Assembly: GCA_963790205.1 (NCBI GenBank)
Contig: CAWBNQ010000001.1
Coordinates: forward strand, 352,001 to 416,000
Origin: Nitrospirota bacterium
GTDB lineage: Bacteria; Nitrospirota; UBA9217
Length of the DNA stretch: 64,000 bases
Direction of reading: 5' to 3'
Part shown: piece by piece, positions 9,043 through 18,094 of the stretch
Position numbering within the stretch: the stretch's first letter is position 1
How the letters are laid out: every line of letters starts with the position of its first letter
Position numbers and translations under genes: made by a program
The notes under the pieces: generated by a model
Database searches by the model: none
Seen by the model: the letters and a program-made list of their open reading frames with translations, nothing else
Told to the model about the DNA's origin: nothing

Positions 9043-11979
9043 TCATTGCCGCAACGCATCCTGCCGGGGCGCAACGCGCTCCAGGCCGGGCGCGTTGCTT
9101 GCCGCGAGGAGGTCGACGAACACGTTCACGATTGACGGATCAAACTGTGAGAGTGAACACCGTTTAAGCTCATTAATCGCTTCGTCTATGCTGAATGCAG
9201 TTCGATAGGGCCGTTCACCCGTCATGGATTCAAAAGCGTCCGCAACGGCGAGGATCCTCGCCCAGAGCGGTATGCGTTCCCCCTTCAGGCCGTCCGGATA
9301 ACCCGTCCCGTCAAACCGTTCGTGGTGGTGTTTGATGCAGGGGATTACGCGGTTCAACTGCTTGATCGGCTCCAGGAGCACCACGCCCCGGAGCGGGTGG
9401 TTTTTTACGGCCTCATACTCCTCTTTCGTAAGTGCGCCGGGCTTGTTCAGAATGACATCGTAAATCCCAATCTTCCCTACGTCATGGAGCAGACCGCCCA
9501 GCTCCAGGTCCTTGAGGTCGCCTTCCTGAAAGCCCATTTTCCCCCCGATCTGGAGCGCGTAGCGCGTGACCCGCTCGGAGTGGCCCGCGGTCCAGGGAGA
9601 TTTGGCGTCGATGGCGTTGGACAGCGACTTTACCGTTCCAATGAGAAGTTCCTGCAGATCGGTCACCAGACGCGTATTTTCCAGGGCAACGCCGATCAAG
9701 GCAGCGAGTTTTTCGAGCGTCGAAAGGTTCTCCGGCGTGAACGCAGCCTTCCGTTTACTGTCCACCCCAAGGACGCCGACCGGAGCTCCCTTTACGATAA
9801 GCGGCACCCTGATATGAGAAACGAACCCCTCCTGAAGCAGGTTCTGCTCTTTCGGCAACAAAAGGTCGAGCTCCTCCTTATTCCCCACACACTGGGGCCG
9901 GGCCGTCTTGACGACCTCCGTTGCCGAGGTGTCGCAGAAGGGCACAAAGGGCTTGTGCGATGAGCCGGATATTCCATTGCCCGTTGCCTGGATGAACCCC
10001 TGCCGATCGCGGTCCACGAGCAGGATGCCCGCCCTGTCGCAGGGAACGATCCGGGAAATGTTCCTCGTGGTCGTCTCGAGAATTTCGTGGGGTTCCAGGC
10101 TCGAAAGAATGCTCCTGTCGATCTCGTGAATGACCTGGAGCGTTTCGATCTTGTGGTTCAGCTCCAGGGACTGCTCCATCGTGGTCCTATACAGCTGCGC
10201 CTCGTCGAGGGCGAGTGAAATCTGGCGGGAAAGCCCCTCCACGATTTTGTGATCTCGCTCCGCGAATTTCTTGTCGGTCCGGTAGCAGGCAATGATGAGG
10301 CCGAGCTGGTCCGTTTTGCCGATCAGAGGAATGACGACGAGCGTCTTCAGGCCGCTGTGCATCCAGACGGCCGTTTTGGCCGGCAGCGGCGTATCACCCG
10401 CCCCCTCGGCGTTCGTCAAGGACGTTACGGTCGCGGATACGTCTTTGTCCGAACTTGAGAACCGCACCAGGAGCGGACCCTTCAGCTCCAGAACACGTTT
10501 TATGAAATCTACGCTTCCGTCAAGCGGTTCGGTCCTGAACAGCGGGACCAGATCATGATCAAGACCGTGCTGCTGGCACGGTTGAAAGACCTTTCGGTCC
10601 CCCGTCCAGAGATAGGAGACACAGGCATCGCACGCCAGCACTCTGCTGCCGCAGCGGGTGGTATGCTCCAAGAGCTTGTCGACGTCCATGGTATAGGCGG
10701 TGGTTTCGGCGATCATGAGAAGGTTTGCCGTGATTTCCATCTCCTGTTTGATGTTCTCCTCGACAAGCTTCATCTCCGTGATGTCTTCAAGGATGTGAAC
10801 GGAATAAAGATAATTGCCGCGGTCATCATGGACCGGATAGTATCGTGCGCGGAAGATTTTGCGCAGCGCGGGCACGGGAATTTCTTCGTCGGGCGCCTGC
10901 TTCCTTCCGCCGCAAAAGGCCGGTGTCGGTTCGCAGCTCCTGAACGGCGCGTCCATTTTGGGGAACACGGCATGGTAAGGCTTGCCGATGAATTCCTTGT
11001 ATGTCATGCCCGCAGCCTCGCAATACGCGCGGTTCGCCCTCATAATCCGGAATTCCCGGTCATGGATGAAAACAGGGCTCGAGATGGCGTCGAAGGTGAC
11101 CTCCCACTCCCTTTTTGCACGGGTGCTGTTGTCCAGTTCCCGCTTCAGCTTTTCCTCGCTCTCGCGCAGCGCCTTGTTGACACGCAGCAGCTCCTGCTCC
11201 GCCTGCTTGCGCGCGGTGATATCGGAAGCCAGTCCGTCGTAGGCGATCAGACGCCGCTGCGGATCACGACGGGGCACCGGCGTGTTTTTGATCCAACGGA
11301 TGCTGCCATCCTTGTGGATTATGCGATGCTCGAGGGGGAGAGGGGTTTTGCCTGAAAACACCTTGCTGGTCATCTCCAGGACGGCCTGCCGGTCGTCCTC
11401 GTGGACCATCCGGTACCACAGGAAAGGATCCCGCGCGTATTCCTCCGAGGTATATCCGGTCACCGCAACGCAACTGGGGCTGTGCCGCGAAGCGGCGGGC
11501 CTTCCATTCTCAACCTGCACGGTATACACGTAATCCGTGACAGACTCGAGGAGATGCCGATAACGCGCGTCGCTCTCCGTGAGGGCGCGCTCGGCAACCC
11601 GACGATCGGCGCTGGCGGCGATGATGCTCAGCAGCTTGTCGCAACCGACCGGGTCTTTTTTCACGCAGTCGCAGGCGCCCAACTGGAGCGCCCGCCTTGT
11701 CCATGCTTCGCCCAGCCCATCGGTCAGGACGACCGTAGGGACCGGTCCAGCGTGCTTCAGGCTCGCCGCAAGGATTTCTTCGCGATGATCGGAATCGTCG
11801 TCGAGGTCGAGGAGAACCACATCAAAATCCTCGCTGCCCAGCCGCGCGACGGCGGCATCGACGCCATGGACCGGTACGAACTCAAAGGTCCTCGAATCCC
11901 GGTCAAGCACCTCGCCTGTCAGACCCGCGCCATCGATTCGGTTGTTGACCAGTAAAACGGTGTACGTTTTCTCATGCAT
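9043..11979 (-). CDS. REC-PAS-PAS-GAF-GAF-HD-GYP cyclic dinucleotide phosphodiesterase
   Basis: HDVGKIG, HHERFDGTGYP, RPYR. The N-terminal receiver has NN in place of the usual acidic pair. Confidence 0.92.
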   Translation of the reverse strand: MHEKTYTVLLVNNRIDGAGLTGEVLDRDSRTFEFVPVHGVDAAVARLGSEDFDVVLLDLDDDSDHREEILAASLKHAGPVPTVVLTDGLGEAWTRRALQLGACDCVKKDPVGCDKLLSIIAASADRRVAERALTESDARYRHLLESVTDYVYTVQVENGRPAASRHSPSCVAVTGYTSEEYARDPFLWYRMVHEDDRQAVLEMTSKVFSGKTPLPLEHRIIHKDGSIRWIKNTPVPRRDPQRRLIAYDGLASDITARKQAEQELLRVNKALRESEEKLKRELDNSTRAKREWEVTFDAISSPVFIHDREFRIMRANRAYCEAAGMTYKEFIGKPYHAVFPKMDAPFRSCEPTPAFCGGRKQAPDEEIPVPALRKIFRARYYPVHDDRGNYLYSVHILEDITEMKLVEENIKQEMEITANLLMIAETTAYTMDVDKLLEHTTRCGSRVLACDACVSYLWTGDRKVFQPCQQHGLDHDLVPLFRTEPLDGSVDFIKRVLELKGPLLVRFSSSDKDVSATVTSLTNAEGAGDTPLPAKTAVWMHSGLKTLVVIPLIGKTDQLGLIIACYRTDKKFAERDHKIVEGLSRQISLALDEAQLYRTTMEQSLELNHKIETLQVIHEIDRSILSSLEPHEILETTTRNISRIVPCDRAGILLVDRDRQGFIQATGNGISGSSHKPFVPFCDTSATEVVKTARPQCVGNKEELDLLLPKEQNLLQEGFVSHIRVPLIVKGAPVGVLGVDSKRKAAFTPENLSTLEKLAALIGVALENTRLVTDLQELLIGTVKSLSNAIDAKSPWTAGHSERVTRYALQIGGKMGFQEGDLKDLELGGLLHDVGKIGIYDVILNKPGALTKEEYEAVKNHPLRGVVLLEPIKQLNRVIPCIKHHHERFDGTGYPDGLKGERIPLWARILAVADAFESMTGERPYRTAFSIDEAINELKRCSLSQFDPSIVNVFVDLLAASNAPGLERVAPRQDALRQ

Positions 11980-12028
11980 AGGTCCTTGCTCAAATCACGG
12001 ACATGACGCACCGGTCGCGCGGGCTCAC

Positions 12029-12418
12029 CTAAAAGTTGACGGCTCTGTCCGAAAGCGGGCTTTCCATGGCAGCCTCTATGACCTTCCTGAGTTCATGGGC
12101 AACAACCGGCTTGTTCATATATTCAAATACGCCGAGACTCAGGGTCTTGATATACGTTTCTATGCTGCCGCACGCGGTGACCATGATTACCGGGAGGTTG
12201 GGGAAAAACATCTTGACGTTGGCGACAAAAACGATGCCATCCATATCGGGCATTTGATACTCGGAAATGATGAGATCGATCTGGAAGTCATCGCGCAGGG
12301 CTGACAACGCTTCCGCGCCCGTCTGCGCCACGATGACCTGGTACCCGCATTTGTTCAGGATGTCGACAACGCAGTCCCGAGCAACAGGAGTATTATCCAC
12401 CACAAGAACGGTTTTCAC
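12029..12418 (-). CDS. Single-domain response regulator (atypical, Asp->Glu)
   Basis: Receiver fold VLVVDN...LIISEYQMPDMDG...MVTA...NKP. Confidence 0.88.
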   Translation of the reverse strand: MKTVLVVDNTPVARDCVVDILNKCGYQVIVAQTGAEALSALRDDFQIDLIISEYQMPDMDGIVFVANVKMFFPNLPVIMVTACGSIETYIKTLSLGVFEYMNKPVVAHELRKVIEAAMESPLSDRAVNF

Positions 12419-12491
12419 AGTATTTCCTCTTCTACGGTTTCCGGGCCGAGCGAATGTGCGACATTCTGCGTCGAATTGCCGAGTGTCGACA

Positions 12492-12692
12492 TCAGGAAAA
12501 GTTTGCTATAATGCCGTCGGACTCAACGGCATCCGTGAACCCGCCCTTTTTTGACGACGGGGAGAAAAAAGGGCATTTTTTATGTTTGTCCTGCGTGCAG
12601 TATTCGTTGAGCTCGAACATACTGGGGATATAGACCGCTCCCAGGCTTCTGCACGACAGGATGCGTTTTCCTTCCAGGAAAGAGCACTGCAT
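12492..12692 (-). CDS. Small Cys-rich hypothetical protein
   Basis: GGAGG RBS before the ATG; four Cys (QC, SC, EYC, KCPFF); co-oriented within the operon. Confidence 0.65.
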   Translation of the reverse strand: MQCSFLEGKRILSCRSLGAVYIPSMFELNEYCTQDKHKKCPFFSPSSKKGGFTDAVESDGIIANFS

Positions 12693-12721
12693 GCGTTCCT
12701 CCAGGCCGCCACCGCGGGCTG

Positions 12722-13231
12722 CTATGCCGCCTCCGTCAGCGCCGGCTCCGAACGGCCCGCTTGCACCGCGGCAAGTTCTTCGGCGGAAAAAACCTTGTCG
12801 ATGTCGAGGATGATGATGAACCGTTCGTTGTGCTTTCCCATGCCCTTGATGAACTCCGTGTTCAATCCCGTTCCGATCTTCGGCGCCGGTTCGATACTAT
12901 CGGGACCGAGGTCCATCACCTCCTGCACCGAATCCGCAAGAGCTCCCAGGGTCGTTCGTTCTCCGTCCACGTTCACCTCCGTGATGATGACGCAGGTGTC
13001 CACCGTCCTGTCCGTTTTCGGCATGCCGAACTTGAGCCGCAGGTCCACCACCGGCACCACGGCGCCGCGAAGGTTAATGACCCCGCGCAGGAAGTCCGGC
13101 ATCTTCGGCACTTTCGTAATCGTCGAAAAGTCCAGTACCTCGCGGACCCTGGAAATGTCGAAGGCAAAAATCTCATCAGCGAGCTTGTACGTCAAATACT
13201 GGGTCGTGACCGCACGTTCCGCTGTATTCAT
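12722..13231 (-). CDS. cheW: Chemotaxis coupling protein CheW
   Basis: QYLTYKL, GVINLRGAVVPVVDLR, FIIILDIDKVFS. Confidence 0.95.
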   Translation of the reverse strand: MNTAERAVTTQYLTYKLADEIFAFDISRVREVLDFSTITKVPKMPDFLRGVINLRGAVVPVVDLRLKFGMPKTDRTVDTCVIITEVNVDGERTTLGALADSVQEVMDLGPDSIEPAPKIGTGLNTEFIKGMGKHNERFIIILDIDKVFSAEELAAVQAGRSEPALTEAA

Positions 13232-13306
13232 GGCAGTCTCCTGGATAAAAGGTTGAGGTTGAGGTCCAGGCTGGGAAAAAGAATCTCCTGACCTCAGCCT
13301 CCGTTT

Positions 13307-15383
13307 TTAGAATTTTTCAAACTCGGAGTCTTTGCCGTCACCATCATCTCCGCGCCCTTGTTTCAGGTTCAGCGCCACGCCGGAAGGCTTGACCACAGCA
13401 CGCGGAGAAACCAGCGGCTGCGACTGGCCCACGGCATGGGGCAGATGGGCGACGTGTATCCCGCCCCTTGTCTTCTGGATGTGCCCGATCTTTTCGTACT
13501 TCTTAATATCCGCAAGTTTAAGTTTTCTCGTCTCCTTCCGCTCCTGTCCGTCCACCTTGAAGAACGATATCGTGTCCTGGAGCTGTTCGGCCTGGGAGGA
13601 AAGCTCCTCCGACGTGGAGGACATTTCTTCCGCGGCCCCCGCGTTCTGCTGGATCACCTGGTTCAGCTGCTGGATCGCGCTGTTGATCTGGTCCGCGCCG
13701 CCGGACTGTTCCTTCGAGGCCGCGCTGATCTCCTGCACCAGCTCCGCGGTCTTCTGGATATCGGGCACGAGCTTGGTGAGCATGGCCCCGGCCCGCTCCG
13801 CAACATTCACGCTCGACGCGGACAGCTTGCTGATCTCTCCCGCGGCGGTCTGGCTCCGCTCGGCGAGCTTCCGCACCTCGGCCGCCACCACGGCAAAGCC
13901 CTTGCCGTGTTCGCCGGCCCGGGCCGCCTCGATGGCCGCGTTCAGGGCGAGCAGGTTCGTCTGGCGCGCGATCTCCTCGATGATCGAGATCCGGGAGGCG
14001 ATGTCCTTCATGGCGGCCATGGCCTCGGTCACCGCCTTGCCGCTCTCGATCGCGTCTGCCGAGGACTTGAGGGCGATCTTCTCGGTCTGCTGGGCATTGT
14101 CCGCGTTCTGCTTGATCGTGGCGTTCATCTCCTCCACGGCGGAGGACGCTTCTTCGGCGGACGCCGCCTGCTCGGTGGCGCCCTGCGACATCTGCTCCGA
14201 CGCCGGCGGAGAGCTGCTGGCTCCCGGCCGCCACGTTGTCCGCCGCGGTCTTGACATCGGTCACCACGGTGCGGAGCTGTTCGAGCATCGCGGCAAGGGA
14301 TTTCCCGAGCGTGTCTTTTTCCGAAAGGACCTTTACGTTCCCGTTCAGGTCTCCCGCTGCTATCGCTTCCGCGGCCCGGGCAAGCGCCCTGAGGCTCTGG
14401 ATGACCTTGTTCAGGCTCGCGACGATCTTGGCAATCTCGTCCTGACGCTCGGCCACCACCTCGATCGAAAGGTCGCCCTCGCTGAAGGCATCAAGTTGCT
14501 TGACCAGCATGTCCACCTGTCTCTGCAGATAGTCGCGCTGTTCATCCGCTTCCCGTTGAAGGCGCTTGACCTCGGAAATGTCGATGATCACCTCCATGCC
14601 GCCGTACGGCTTGCCCTGCTCATCGAGGAGCGGCGAACACGCCGCCTGCACGGGCACCTTCTTGCCGCTTCTGGTCTCCGCCACGGTCTCGCCGATGATC
14701 GCCTGGCCCGTGCGGAAACAGTTCTTGAGGGTGCAGTTGTCCGTGCCGCAAAGGGGCGTCCTGCACAACTGGGCGCAGGTCATCTTGCCGACCACCTCGT
14801 CCCTCCGGTAGCCCATGGCTTTCAAGGCAGCGTCATTGACCGACGTGATCACGAGGTCCCGGTCCGCGACGAACATGGGGGCGGCGATGGATTTGAGGAT
14901 GTTGTCGATCTCCCACTTGGCGCGCGCGACATCGGTCTGGTCGATGATCACCTCCATGCCGCCGTAGACGTTCCCGCGTTCGTCGAGCAGCGCTGAGCAG
15001 GCCGCCTTGATGGGGAACTTCTTTCCCCCCCTTGTCTCCGCAACGGTCTCGCCGATGATGGTGCCGCCGGTGCGCATGCAGTTTTTGAGCGTGCAGCTTT
15101 CCGTGCCGCAGAGCGGCGTTTTCGCCAGTTGGGCGCAGGTCATCTTCCCGACAACCTCGTCCCGCTGATAGCCCATCGCCCTGAGCGCGGCGTCATTGAT
15201 GGCCGTGATCATCAGGTCCCGATCAACGATATAGATCGGAGCCGCGCTGAAGGTTAAAACCGCGTCGGACCGCATGACTTTCTCCGGCCGTCCGGCGCGG
15301 CTGATTACCGGTGTCCGTGAACGCCCACGCTGCTTCCCATTGCCATTGCCAGGTTTTCTTGCCGTCTTCAACAGTGCTTTCAT
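13307..15383 (-). pseudogene. Soluble PAS-PAS-HAMP methyl-accepting chemotaxis protein split by a +1 frameshift
   Basis: The N-terminal part (ORF 13518..15383) and the signalling domain (ORF 13307..14257) join as [14 protein letters not shown] if one extra base at ~14201 is removed. Hairpin tip [28 protein letters not shown]-terminal pentapeptide EFEKF. Could be a sequencing error. Confidence 0.88.
14575..15250 (-). repeat. Tandem ~360-bp PAS-domain duplication within the MCP
   Basis: tcgatgatcacctccatgccgccgta occurs at 14581 and 14941, 360 bp apart; the two protein repeats are highly similar. Confidence 0.9.
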
Positions 15384-15490
15384 GGCGGTTCCTCCCTATG
15401 ATGATGCTGTTATGAAGAGCGTCGCGTCAAAAGTGCACATGCCGCAGCGATATTCTGCACAGCCGAGGACTTTGACGCATCGTTTGCGCA

Positions 15491-15886
15491 CTATCGTTCC
15501 GGGTCGCAGTCAGTCCACAGGCACCCTGTTTTACATTCCTGCCCGGCCCCGGAGCAATGAACATATTCGGCCGCTTCCGCGGCCCGGTGGAACAAAGCCG
15601 TACGGTCGCCGGCAAGCGCGAAGTCCTTTCTCAGCTCATGCGACACCCGAAAGGCCGTGCACAGCAGCTTGAGGCAGCTCATGTCGATGGACGTGACCTG
15701 TTCGCAGTTCACGATCAGGCGGTCTACGCGGTCGAGGACGCGGGCCAGATGCGTCCGCAATTCCCCTGCCTGGAATTCGGAAAGGCTTCCCTGGAGCGTC
15801 AAGATGCCGAGGGTCCCTGAATTCCGTACAGCAAGATGTATCATGTTCATCGAATCAGGTTGAGCCACTGTACGCATTCGCAACAC
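15491..15886 (-). CDS. STAS domain protein (anti-anti-sigma-like)
   Basis: LTLQGSL...LIVNCEQVTSIDMSCLKLL STAS signature with a Cys-rich tail; exact start uncertain. Confidence 0.85.
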   Translation of the reverse strand: MLRMRTVAQPDSMNMIHLAVRNSGTLGILTLQGSLSEFQAGELRTHLARVLDRVDRLIVNCEQVTSIDMSCLKLLCTAFRVSHELRKDFALAGDRTALFHRAAEAAEYVHCSGAGQECKTGCLWTDCDPER

Positions 15887-15964
15887 ATTTGAAAAGGCTT
15901 TTTCAGTAAACTGCTGCTGCTTGTGGAAGATTGTGGAACGCGGCCGAACGTTACCTGATCATTG

Positions 15965-15980
15965 AGCAAGAGCTGTGCCG
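15965..15980 (-). promoter_or_regulatory. Sigma54 (-24/-12) promoter for the STAS-MCP-CheW operon
   Basis: Minus strand reads CGGCACAGCTCTTGCT (GG-N10-GC, GGCAC-N5-TTGC); the adjacent gene is a GAFTGA activator; TGCA-rich putative enhancer sites at ~16033-16090. Confidence 0.8.
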
Positions 15981-16400
15981 ATTCTGATTAAGTTGTTTTT
16001 ACTGGAGAATGTTCTTGAGTAGCGAGAAAAGCGCATTGCAATTATCCATAGTATTGCAGAATGCACGTGCGTATTGTTATACTGCAGAAATCGGGTGATA
16101 ATGCGGAGGGTTGTCAGATTGCGGGAAAGGTAACTACTCAGGTCAGCCATTTTGCTTCAGCACAAGGCGTGTCGGCGTGCTTTGTACTGCAACGCTGCTG
16201 ATATCCGTACCCATAGAGGGGCAGCGCTTTCGCGACGCACACGCTGCCTGACTGAAGCGGCGTTCCAACGACTATTGCGACGTGCTTTTTTGCGCCGGTG
16301 CTCAGCGGCGGACCTGAGTAATTATCGGAAAAGAATATCACGATGAAAATGAAGGCTTTGGTCGTCTCCGGTTTGTCCCGACCGTGGGGGCTTGTGCGGA

Positions 16401-17750
16401 TTAGGACGTAATGCCATTCTGCTTTATCTTCCGCATGAGCGTTGAATAGTCTATCTTGAGTATTGCCGCGGCCTTCTTCTTGTTTCCCTTTGTGGATCTG
16501 AGGGTCTGATGGATGGCCTGCTTTTCAATTTCCGAGAGGCTCAGGCTGGAGAGTCCGCCGGCCAGTGGTTGTTCGGGACCCGCGTGTTCCGGAGTAATGA
16601 GAAACTCAATTCGTTCGGGCATAATGATGTCGCTCTCGGAAAGGAGCACCGCCCGCCTCATTACATTTTTCAGTTCCCTGACGTTGCCCGGCCAGGGATA
16701 CCGTCTGAGCAGCGTTTCAGCATCCGGGGAGATCCCCCGAACCTGTTTTTTCAGCTCTGTTGCCGCTTCATGGCAAAACCGCTGCGCCAGAAAGGGAATA
16801 TCTTCGGTCCGCTCCCTGAGCGGGGGGATAATGATCATGAACTCGCCGAGCCGGAAAAACAGATCTTCACGGAATTTTTTTATCGCCACAGCCTGATTGA
16901 GGTTCGTATTGGTCGCGGCAATGATCCGTGCGTTTATGTTCACCGGTTGTGTGCTCCCGAGCGGAGTGGCTTTTCTCCCCTCCACCACTCGGAGAAGCTT
17001 GCTTTGCACAAAAGGGGACATGTTCTGCACTTCATCGATGAGCAGGGTGCCGCCGCCGGCAATTTCGAACAGGCCCTGTTTTTTCTTTTCAGCGCCGGTG
17101 AACGCGCCCTTCTCAAAGCCGAACAGTTCGCTCTCCACCAGGGTCTCCGGTATCGCCCCCATATCAACCGCAATGAATGGGCCTTTTTTCCGCGCGCTCA
17201 GGTTGTGGATCAGGTTTGCTATATAGGACTTGCCCGTTCCGGTCTCTCCCTGGATGATAATCGAGAATTCGCTCCAGGCAACCTGGCGTATCTGCTCAAT
17301 GACTTTTTTGATGAGCGGACTCTTCCCCAGCAACCATTCCAGGGATTCCTCCATCTCGATATTCAGCTGCTGGACCTTCTTTTCCAGTTCCCGTTTCTCA
17401 AGCGCCTTGTTCAGTGTTATGATGAGATGGTCGAAATCAGGCGGCTTGAGCATGAAATCAGTTGCCCCGAGCTTGATGGCCGCAACCGCGGTCGACACAT
17501 CGCCGTGCGCCGTAATAACGATAATCGGCATGGCAGGGTCGATCTTTCTTATTTCACGCAGGGTCTCATTCCCGTCCATGTCGGGCATTTTCAGGTCGAG
17601 GAGCGCAAGGTCTGTCTTCATTGTTCGGACAAGATTCAAGGCCTCATGGCCTCGGGAGGCCTCGATCGGGAAGAACCCCTCTGCCTTCAGGATATCAGAG
17701 AGGACCTCCCGTATTTCAGGGTCGTCATCTATAATAAGTATTCTATACAT
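16401..17750 (-). CDS. NtrC-family sigma54-dependent response regulator (REC-AAA+-HTH)
   Basis: LLDLKMP, GETGTGKS, ESELFG, GAFTGA, WPGNVREL and a C-terminal Fis-type HTH. Confidence 0.95.
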   Translation of the reverse strand: MYRILIIDDDPEIREVLSDILKAEGFFPIEASRGHEALNLVRTMKTDLALLDLKMPDMDGNETLREIRKIDPAMPIIVITAHGDVSTAVAAIKLGATDFMLKPPDFDHLIITLNKALEKRELEKKVQQLNIEMEESLEWLLGKSPLIKKVIEQIRQVAWSEFSIIIQGETGTGKSYIANLIHNLSARKKGPFIAVDMGAIPETLVESELFGFEKGAFTGAEKKKQGLFEIAGGGTLLIDEVQNMSPFVQSKLLRVVEGRKATPLGSTQPVNINARIIAATNTNLNQAVAIKKFREDLFFRLGEFMIIIPPLRERTEDIPFLAQRFCHEAATELKKQVRGISPDAETLLRRYPWPGNVRELKNVMRRAVLLSESDIIMPERIEFLITPEHAGPEQPLAGGLSSLSLSEIEKQAIHQTLRSTKGNKKKAAAILKIDYSTLMRKIKQNGITS

Positions 17751-18094
17751 GAGTTATGGACCATTGCGAGCGTCGATAGGCGGTGCTGTAAGATCCTTCC
17801 GCGAGGTGTACGGAGGACATATGTGAACTCTTTCAGTGCCATTGTGGCGATTATAACAAACACCTATTCCAAATACAATATGGAATTTAGGAACGAAAGA
17901 AGAAAGACGCACCAGCAATCTAGGCTACTCCCATTCCCCTCTGCAGAACCTGATCCGAAGCTCTCAGGAACTATGTAAAAAACTGACAGAGATGCGGACG
18001 TCCAAATGCCTTTGTTTATGAGTGATCTCATGGCGGGTTATTACAGCTTCCGCCCCCAACGCTGCGCCATCCACGTTATAATGTAAGGAAGAGA

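Noticed and set aside
6504..9074. 856-aa antisense ORF over glgP (likewise 24381..26000, 43026..44402, 53395..54861 and similar)
   Set aside because: Shadow ORFs caused by high-GC codon bias on clearly recognisable genes; no motifs of their own.
12543..12574. gccctttttt...aaaaaagggc hairpin as a terminator
   Set aside because: It lies inside the small Cys-protein ORF and has a weak A/T stem, so its function is unsupported.
16345..16400. c-di-GMP-I (GEMM) riboswitch-like words on the minus strand (GGACAAACC...CAAAGCC)
   Set aside because: Lacks the GAAA tetraloop/receptor and a second stem; no convincing fold.
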